Assembly (NCBI GenBank): GCA_017472305.1
Contig: JAFUQP010000016.1
Coordinates: forward strand, 5,960 to 69,959
Direction of reading: 5' to 3'
From: Clostridia bacterium
Lineage (GTDB): Bacteria; Bacillota; Clostridia; Oscillospirales; CAG-272
Length of the DNA: 64,000 nucleotides
In this document: positions 57,606 to 64,000 of the stretch, piece by piece
Position numbering within the stretch: position 1 is the stretch's first letter
Layout: every line of letters starts with the position of its first letter
Position numbers and translations under genes: made by a program
The notes under the pieces: generated by a model
Databases searched by the model: none
The model's input: the letters and a program-made list of their open reading frames with translations, nothing else
Told to the model about the DNA's origin: nothing

Positions 57606-58457
57606 ATGAAGAAAAACGTATTAAATACCGACCTTACAGGCAAGGTTGCCGTAGTAACGGGTGCAGGAGGAGTTCTCTGCTCCTACTTTGCAAAGGTGCT
57701 CGCAAGAGCAGGCGCGAAGGTCGCACTCCTTGACCTCAACTACGACGCGGCAAACGCTTTTGCCGAGGAAATCGTAGCAGAGGGCGGAATTGCAAAGGCG
57801 TACGCCTGCAACGTTCTCGAGAAGGAAACCTGCTACAAGGTAGCCGACGAGGTTGAAAAAGAGCTCGGCAAGTGCGACGTGCTTATCAACGGCGCGGGCG
57901 GAAACAACCCGAGAGCTACCACCGATAAGGAGTACTTCGAGCTTGGCGATATCGACGCCGACACCAAGAGCTTCTTTGACCTTGACGCGTCGGGAGTTGG
58001 CTTTGTGTTCAACCTTAACTTCCTCGGCACTCTTATTCCTACCCAGGCGTTCGCGCGCCAGATGGTAGGCAGAGAGGGCTGCTCGATACTTAACATCTCG
58101 TCTATGAACGCGTATACCCCCCTCACCAAGATTCCCGCATACTCGGGCGCGAAGGCGGCAATTTCCAACTTCACCCAGTGGCTTGCGGTGCACTTTTCGA
58201 AGGTCGGAATCCGCGTAAACGCAATAGCGCCCGGCTTCTTCTCGACAAAGCAGAACGCAGCGCTCCTCTTTAACCCCGACGGCACTCCCACAGCAAGAAC
58301 GGGCAAGATTTTAGCCGCTACCCCCATGGGCAGATTCGGCGAGTCCGAGGAGCTCGAGGGCGGCCTTCTCTTCCTCGTAAATAACGAGGCAGCAGGCTTT
58401 ATCACAGGCGTAGTTCTTCCCATCGACGGCGGCTTCTCCGCGTACTCGGGAGTGTGA
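57606..58457 (+). CDS. uxuB: D-mannonate oxidoreductase (SDR type)
   Basis: TGAGGVL, NGAGGNNP.ATT, PLTKIPAYSGAK, WLAVH, TPMGRFG, DGGFSAYSGV; directly downstream of uxuA. Confidence 0.88.
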   Translation: MKKNVLNTDLTGKVAVVTGAGGVLCSYFAKVLARAGAKVALLDLNYDAANAFAEEIVAEGGIAKAYACNVLEKETCYKVADEVEKELGKCDVLINGAGGNNPRATTDKEYFELGDIDADTKSFFDLDASGVGFVFNLNFLGTLIPTQAFARQMVGREGCSILNISSMNAYTPLTKIPAYSGAKAAISNFTQWLAVHFSKVGIRVNAIAPGFFSTKQNAALLFNPDGTPTARTGKILAATPMGRFGESEELEGGLLFLVNNEAAGFITGVVLPIDGGFSAYSGV

Positions 58458-58484
58458 CAAAGCGCCCCAAAGGGCAGCTTTGTC

Positions 58485-58536
58485 AGTTATGATTGCCCTA
58501 CAGGCAAGCTATGATTGGACTGCGTCCAAGTTATAG
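58485..58536 (-). repeat. Second, inverted copy of the CATAAC-hairpin repeat family (2 clear units, with degenerate forward units to ~58630)
   Basis: Reverse complement reads TATAAC-TTGGAC-GCA-GTCCAA-T-CATAGC-TTGCCT-GTA-GGGCAA-T-CATAACT. Confidence 0.75.
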
Positions 58537-58787
58537 ACCGAATGGGCAATCATATCCTAACGCTTGGGGTAAGCCCCAAGCTCATAACGACTGAGCATAA
58601 GTTGCACAGCAACTTTGCAAGTCTCATAGCTCTAAACTAAAAAAGAGAGAACATTTCGGTAAATTGCCGATTGGTTCTCTCTTTTGTTTGTGCCTCTGAC
58701 ATTTTTTGTTTGATATATATTCAACAGTCACCGACTTATCGGTAGTAAGAGCGGCAGAAGATAGTCAATTAGGCAGTAGGTAGTAAA

Positions 58788-60077
58788 TTAGACAGTAGGC
58801 GAAAAACTGTTTTGTTCGGACTGTAAAACAAACAAATTCTCTCCGTCTGTAATCATTGCGTTTTCGGTATTGTATAAAGCCGACGCAGCCTTCAAATTAT
58901 CCACAAAATGATTCATCTGACTGGATTTAAGAGATTCAAAATTCTGTCGATTTCTCTGTATAGCTTCTTGATTACGTCGGCTAATTTGCTCTCCGCTATC
59001 AATCAGCACTTCGTCCAGCGAGCTTTTCTTGATTACAGGAACAGCACCGATAGCTCTACCAAGCCCCTGTGTGGCAGCACCAATGCCATCAAGGAGCTTT
59101 ACATCAATAGCAGAGCGTTGATACTTTTCAATTTGGTCGTGGCAATCGGCATACAACGCATCATAGCGTTTTTCCATTGCAAGCATCTTTTCAGTTTCGC
59201 TTTCTATCAATTCAGGCTCAAAGCTCTTCCTAAGCATGACGTCCAAAAATGTGCTAAATGCGAAAATGTAACAAGCGACACGATATTCGGCAAATTCAGA
59301 AGTTACAGCTTCGAGAACATTCTTTGCACCTTTAGAGCCGTGAATGTTTTTCTGCTCTTTCAATTTTTCTTGGATTTCATTATGATAAAAATCCATATCC
59401 TGATACGCAGCGGTTTTTATGGAAAGAACTTCGCCTACTCGTGATGCACAAAACTTTTCATTCTTACAATTTATTTTGTAATCGTCCATAATTTCGGCAA
59501 GCATATTCAAATTGCCGCGCTGTCGCGACCGTTTTTCCTGCTTCAAAAAATGCAATACCTCTTCAACGCTTTTTTGAATACCGTCGAGTTTCTTCTCTAT
59601 CGTCATCAAAGCAACGGCTACTACCATAAGTGTCGGGTCCAACGGAAGAGTTGTGGTTGTAGTCTCGGTTAAAGATAAATCTTCAACAGGCTTAAAACTC
59701 ATATGTCCTGAAATCACCTGTTTGCCTTGAGGGTTTTTCTTAAAAATAGTGCCGGTTGTCCCATATTCATTGTAACGTAAAAAACCTTCAGCTCCTTTGG
59801 GATTGCAGCCTAAAAACAGTTTTCCGTTTGATTTAATGTTTTTTGTAACGCTTTGAACAACCGTTCTTGCGTCGGTAGACATCTGCGTAAAAGCCGCACC
59901 TAATGCAGAAAGGCTCGTTAAAGGAATCGCTTTGTATTTAGACAATTGCGACTCTTCAAGCTTTACTATAGGAAAAACGCTACTGGCATAGAGAGAGGGC
60001 TCGTGATTTTCCTTGAATGCTAATTCGGTCGGAGAGGACTTTTTAAATACCTTTCCAAAAAATTCTTTTAATGACAT
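58788..60077 (-). CDS. Hypothetical helical/coiled-coil protein in an AT-rich islet
   Basis: Start MSLKEFFGK after a GGAGG RBS; hydrophobic segment LPLDPTLMVVAVALM followed by a coiled coil; visibly AT-richer codons than the flanks. Confidence 0.7.
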   Translation of the reverse strand: MSLKEFFGKVFKKSSPTELAFKENHEPSLYASSVFPIVKLEESQLSKYKAIPLTSLSALGAAFTQMSTDARTVVQSVTKNIKSNGKLFLGCNPKGAEGFLRYNEYGTTGTIFKKNPQGKQVISGHMSFKPVEDLSLTETTTTTLPLDPTLMVVAVALMTIEKKLDGIQKSVEEVLHFLKQEKRSRQRGNLNMLAEIMDDYKINCKNEKFCASRVGEVLSIKTAAYQDMDFYHNEIQEKLKEQKNIHGSKGAKNVLEAVTSEFAEYRVACYIFAFSTFLDVMLRKSFEPELIESETEKMLAMEKRYDALYADCHDQIEKYQRSAIDVKLLDGIGAATQGLGRAIGAVPVIKKSSLDEVLIDSGEQISRRNQEAIQRNRQNFESLKSSQMNHFVDNLKAASALYNTENAMITDGENLFVLQSEQNSFSPTV

Positions 60078-60246
60078 AAATACCTCCAGTATGATTTCTA
60101 TACCAGCAAAAGTAAATTTCGCGAAAACGAATTTGCTTGTGATATATTTTATCACACATTCTCTTTAAAGTCAATTGCAAGTATAATTGCCAATGCATAT
60201 ATAAATTTCGCGAAAATTACAATTGCTCTTAAAGGAGGTGATTAAA

Positions 60247-60585
60247 ATGAAATTATTCAAGAGCAAAAAGCCTGAATTTATAGCGGCTATATGTCCCGAA
60301 TGCGGCGGAAAGCTCGAGCTGGACGACAATTTTGAAACGGCATTCTGTACCGACTGCGGAGCGCACTGCATAGTGGAGAATGCAGTCAAGAAAAGCAAGC
60401 TTAAAAAGCAAACAAATCTTGACAAAATAATAGGATATATCGAAAGGCGTCAGGATTTAAGAAGAAAAGACCGCGCAGAAAGAGTAGCAAGGCAAGAGCG
60501 ACAGCTAAAGAAAACGTGGTTTATTTACATAGTTATTCTGATAATAATCTTCGCCTTTGCGTATGTAATGGCAGTATTGGAATAA
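60247..60585 (+). CDS. Small Zn-ribbon protein with a C-terminal TM helix
   Basis: CPECGG...FCTDCG; terminal WFIYIVILIIIFAFAYVMAV; AAGGAGGTG RBS. Confidence 0.75.
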   Translation: MKLFKSKKPEFIAAICPECGGKLELDDNFETAFCTDCGAHCIVENAVKKSKLKKQTNLDKIIGYIERRQDLRRKDRAERVARQERQLKKTWFIYIVILIIIFAFAYVMAVLE

Positions 60586-60596
60586 ACAACAAAAAT

Positions 60597-60648
60597 AGCG
60601 TTCAATGCATTTTATCCCGAGGGATTTTAGTGCGTTGAACGCTTTTTT
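60597..60648 (+). terminator. Intrinsic terminator
   Basis: AGCGTTCAATGCA...TGCGTTGAACGCT-TTTTT. Confidence 0.7.
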
Positions 60649-60784
60649 GCTTATGAAAAACTCGCTTAATCGGCGACAATACCTCTATTAGGAAATTTTT
60701 GAGCAGAAATTCGGGTTCTTCGTCCCGAAGGCGTAGTTTCCTACGTCGAGTTAGGACGAAAACGCGGATTTATGCCAAAAATTT

Positions 60785-61240
60785 TCAATAGAGGGAGTTG
60801 CAGGAAAGATAGTTGTATAACCTCTCTCCGTGGTTCTGCTCCTCTTTCTGTATGTGAGCAAGCGTGTCACGGAGTATGGGACTCGAGAACTCGAAAACCG
60901 AGGTGTTGTAAACCGAGGATACGTGCTTCTCCATAGAAAGCGCGTCCTTGCATAAATAGCCGTCCTGCTGCTTCTCTTCCGCCGTGCAGTCCGACATCTT
61001 GCACTGTAGCTTCGCATTCTCCGCCGAGGGCGACTCAGACGGCATTCTTACCTCACTGCCCGAAAGTATCTGATTGATTGTGTCAAGGTGCTTCTGCTCG
61101 TTCGACTTAAGCCCCTCAAATAGCGACTTAAGCTCGGGGTCGTGCGCCTCTGCCGCGTACTTTCCGTACTTCTCAATGCAGAGCTGCTCCTGCGACTTCA
61201 AGTCGCTAAGAAGTGTCGTTTCCTTCTGTGTAAGATTCAT
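60785..61240 (-). CDS. Ferritin-like spore coat protein (Coat F family)
   Basis: MNLTQKETTLLSDLKSQEQLCIEKY..A.DPELK.LF....EQKH; DALSMEKHVSSVYNTSVFE...LR..L.HIQKEEQNHGE. Confidence 0.75.
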   Translation of the reverse strand: MNLTQKETTLLSDLKSQEQLCIEKYGKYAAEAHDPELKSLFEGLKSNEQKHLDTINQILSGSEVRMPSESPSAENAKLQCKMSDCTAEEKQQDGYLCKDALSMEKHVSSVYNTSVFEFSSPILRDTLAHIQKEEQNHGERLYNYLSCNSLY

Positions 61241-61482
61241 TCTTCCTTCCTTTCCGAGAGGGTGTAATCTGGCAAGTCGGCACCGCAAACGGCAAATATG
61301 CGCAAATTTGCTAACAATACTTGTCAAAATCGGGTATTGTGGCTTGCAAAGCCCTCCTCGTTAAAGCTATTATTGACATAGACGGAATAATTATACACGT
61401 TTTTCAGCACGGGGCTGCTTCATTTAGGCACAGCCAAAAGTTAGCGGAGACGCATTTTGCAGCATCTCCGCTTGATTGTTTT

Positions 61483-63195
61483 TTAAACGGTGTAATCGCC
61501 CTTATCAAGGTAGGTGAAATACTCCTCGATTCTTTGGAACTCGCTCTCCTTGCTTGAGCCAAGCCAGCTTTCGCGGTAGCGGCCGAGCCACTCGGCAGTG
61601 CTCGTTTTTCTGCCAAAAGGTGTTTTGCACTCCGAAAGAAGGAGCTCGAGCGAGACGGCAATTCCCTCGAGGGCTATGCACAGCTCGCGCCTGTAGGAGT
61701 CCTCGCCCCACGTAGTGTCAGTAAGCTCAAGAAGAAGGGCGAGAGCGCCGTCTCGTCTCTCTGCCGCCAAAGCGGCATCGGGGGCATCGCAAGGGTGCGA
61801 CTCTCCAAAGCGGCGATTGCAGTAGAGGTTGAAAAGGAAGTTCCACTCGCGCGTGGTAATTCCGACCTCGGCAGCACGACGAATGGCAGCGACAGCTCCC
61901 TCCTGCTTATATACGAGCGCCTCAATTCTCCTGTAAAAGTCCTCTCCTATGGGAGTCCCTACCGACCACGACTTCTCCGCGCCCCACACAAGTCCGAAGG
62001 TCGCAAGCTCAAGGGTGCAGGGGTTGCCGTAGTCGCCCCAGTTGGTATTCAGAACTCCGTATGCGCCGAGCTCGTAGCCGTACTCTGCCATTTTCGCAAT
62101 ATTCGACTCGGAATTATTTATATCCTCCGAAAGGCGCGACCAGGTCGTAGTGCCCGGGCAGACTATCTGCCGTCTTTGCATTTTGGATATTCTCTCGATA
62201 TTTTCCTTTTCGGGATTTGCTCCGTAATCCCAGGTCAGAAATATCGTGTCCTCGGGAAGCGAGGATATCGTCTCGGGGTGCTTTTCAAGTATGTCAGCCC
62301 ACATCATCGGTACTCTGACGTGCGATTTAACGACGGATATTATTTTCTTAACGAATTCAACGTAAAGCTCCCCTGCGCGGTCTCCCGCTGCCGACTCGAG
62401 GTCGAAGGTCTCGTCACAGCAGATGTTGAAATACTCCGAGCTGAAATTCTTTACGTACTGACCGATAAGGCTGCTGACAAGCTCGAGACTCTCTCGGTGC
62501 TCGGGATTTATCGTGTGGTGGAGCATTCTCTCGCGACGGAAGTTTGCCGTCTCCTCAAAGTCAGAGAGCACGCGCAGGTGTCGGTATTTCTCCTGCTTTA
62601 ATATCTCGTACATATGACCGAAGGTTGAGAGAGAGGGTATGAAATCTATAAATCGCTCGCGGCAGTAGACGTCAAGCTCCGAGAGCTCCTCGGGGGTAAC
62701 CGAGCCCCACCTGTCGGCTATCTCGTAGCACTCCTCGAAGGGATAGGTGTGCTCGACGTAGAGCTGCAGGGAGTTCATTTTGAAATATGTCATCTTATCG
62801 ACGAGCGCCTTCAGGGTATCAAGCGTTGGCACTCTTCCGCGCGTTACGTCGTGATAGAAGCCGCGATAGGCAAAGTCAGGCTTATCCTCGATATAAACGC
62901 AAGGCACCGACTCGCACACAAAGAGCTGTCTGAGCGTTTGTATCGCATAAAACGCACCGCGCACCGACTCGCCGCGTATTTCAATTCTCTCCTTACCGAC
63001 CGAGAGGGTGTAGCCCTCGCCGTCACCGTCACCGTAGGAGAGCGAAAGGGGCGTGCCGTCCTCAGAAAGAGTCAGAGAGGAAAGAGCCAAAGAAAGGCGC
63101 TCGTCAAGCCCCGAAATATCGCAATAAATTGCTTTTCTTTTAAGCGTGCCGAAAAGCTCGTCGAGCCTTTTTACCCTAGGAATAAGATTAATCAT
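61483..63195 (-). CDS. GH20 beta-N-acetylhexosaminidase
   Basis: Start MINLIPRVK after a GGAGG RBS; GAFYAIQTLRQL, IEDKPDFAYRG..HD..RG, LQLYVEH, FNICCDET (catalytic DE), MMWAD. Confidence 0.9.
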   Translation of the reverse strand: MINLIPRVKRLDELFGTLKRKAIYCDISGLDERLSLALSSLTLSEDGTPLSLSYGDGDGEGYTLSVGKERIEIRGESVRGAFYAIQTLRQLFVCESVPCVYIEDKPDFAYRGFYHDVTRGRVPTLDTLKALVDKMTYFKMNSLQLYVEHTYPFEECYEIADRWGSVTPEELSELDVYCRERFIDFIPSLSTFGHMYEILKQEKYRHLRVLSDFEETANFRRERMLHHTINPEHRESLELVSSLIGQYVKNFSSEYFNICCDETFDLESAAGDRAGELYVEFVKKIISVVKSHVRVPMMWADILEKHPETISSLPEDTIFLTWDYGANPEKENIERISKMQRRQIVCPGTTTWSRLSEDINNSESNIAKMAEYGYELGAYGVLNTNWGDYGNPCTLELATFGLVWGAEKSWSVGTPIGEDFYRRIEALVYKQEGAVAAIRRAAEVGITTREWNFLFNLYCNRRFGESHPCDAPDAALAAERRDGALALLLELTDTTWGEDSYRRELCIALEGIAVSLELLLSECKTPFGRKTSTAEWLGRYRESWLGSSKESEFQRIEEYFTYLDKGDYTV

Positions 63196-63288
63196 AATTA
63201 TTTTGCCTCCGATATTGCAAAATTTGAGGTTGTATGCTACAATTATTATACAACCCCGAAGGAAAAATAACAATAGAGGATATTGCTT

Positions 63289-64000
63289 ATGAATAACAGT
63301 ATATTGCTGTCGGACTCGCAAACAGCGGTAACCTACGAGCCACATATAAAGAGGGATAGCAGTCTGCCGTTTATATTCCACCTTGACCGTATTAGGAAAA
63401 ACGCGCTTGCGAACCTTCACGAGAATATCGAGCTGCTCTGCTTCCTCTCGGGCGAGGGCGAGGTTTTGCTCGGCAAGGAGCGCGTGGCGGTGCGAGGGGG
63501 GGTAACCGTAGCCGTCAACTCGCTCGTCTCGCACAGGGTGCTGACCGACACGGAGCTGGAATTTGCTTGCCTGATTGTTGACTCGCGCTTTCTTTCGGAG
63601 TGCGGCATCGACGTACGGTCGGTGCATTTTAACGAACGGATAGAGTCGGACAGTGTGCAGGAGCTCTTTTCCGAGGTAATAACCGAGTTCACCGAGGGGC
63701 TCGACTACTCCGAGGCAGGTATACGCTCCTCGGTGTTAAGGCTTGTGCTCACGCTTTGTAGGGAGCACTCGAGGGCGCGCGAGGCGGTCGACTCTCCCGA
63801 CTCCGGGGCTGTTGAATACGTATGTCAGGCAAGCGAGTATATCAGAAATAATCTCTCGGAAAGACTCACCCTTGACGGTATCGCCAGAAGCGTGGGGCTT
63901 TCAAAATACCATTTTATTCGCGAGTTCAAGCGAGTCACGGGTATGACCGTCATTGACTACGTAAGCTCCTTGCGTTGCAGCCGCGCGCGTGAGCTGCTCA
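63289..64000 (+). CDS. AraC-family regulator (runs off window end), divergent from GH20
   Basis: Manual translation MNNSILL...NLHENIELLCFLSGEG...EYIRNNLSERLTLDGIARSVGLSKYHFIREFKRVTGMTVIDYVSSLRCSRA. Missing from the ORF track because it has no stop in the window. Confidence 0.9.
   Translation, partial: MNNSILLSDSQTAVTYEPHIKRDSSLPFIFHLDRIRKNALANLHENIELLCFLSGEGEVLLGKERVAVRGGVTVAVNSLVSHRVLTDTELEFACLIVDSRFLSECGIDVRSVHFNERIESDSVQELFSEVITEFTEGLDYSEAGIRSSVLRLVLTLCREHSRAREAVDSPDSGAVEYVCQASEYIRNNLSERLTLDGIARSVGLSKYHFIREFKRVTGMTVIDYVSSLRCSRARELL

Noticed and set aside
63196-63627. N-terminal extension of the GH20 ORF
   Set aside because: It overlaps the divergent AraC gene. The RBS and the typical LIP start motif place the start at 63195.

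Overview
64-kb chromosomal segment of an anaerobic, probably gut or rumen, Clostridia-class Firmicute. This assignment rests on SigA promoters, a CIRCE element, DegV, a spore-coat-like gene and a SipW operon. I found no rRNA, tRNA, CRISPR-Cas, transposase or integrase. In order, the window holds: (1) the 5' end of pheS; (2) an accessory glycan-utilisation-like locus at 0.5-14 kb: beta-helix protein, EamA transporter, AraC regulator, an unannotated 49-aa peptide, a secreted protein, a 1335-aa lipoprotein, a cytoplasmic paralog of its core domain and a DUF4838-like protein; (3) CIRCE, a 10-hairpin array and clpB; (4) DegV, a MacB-like ABC transporter and a small XRE module; (5) a pyr operon with no carA or pyrR, three ~125-bp palindromic repeats between pyrC and carB, and a PyrB fused to a PyrI-type Zn domain; (6) a SipW/TasA-type fibre operon; (7) housekeeping genes; (8) a glucuronide locus (TetR, GPH permease, GH2 beta-glucuronidase, uxuA, uxuB); (9) an AT-rich two-gene islet, a coat-like gene, a GH20 and a truncated AraC. 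The best candidate for an undescribed system is the 49-aa leader-type peptide (4797-4946). Its C-terminal motif DNVSSNGWT recurs as ENLSDNGWT at the extreme C-terminus of the neighbouring giant lipoprotein, which suggests a shared peptide tag for docking or processing. Next best are the covarying CATAAC-linked hairpin array and a 3'-UTR that is antisense to the RBS of the neighbouring XRE gene. All product calls come from motif recognition by eye; no database searches were run.
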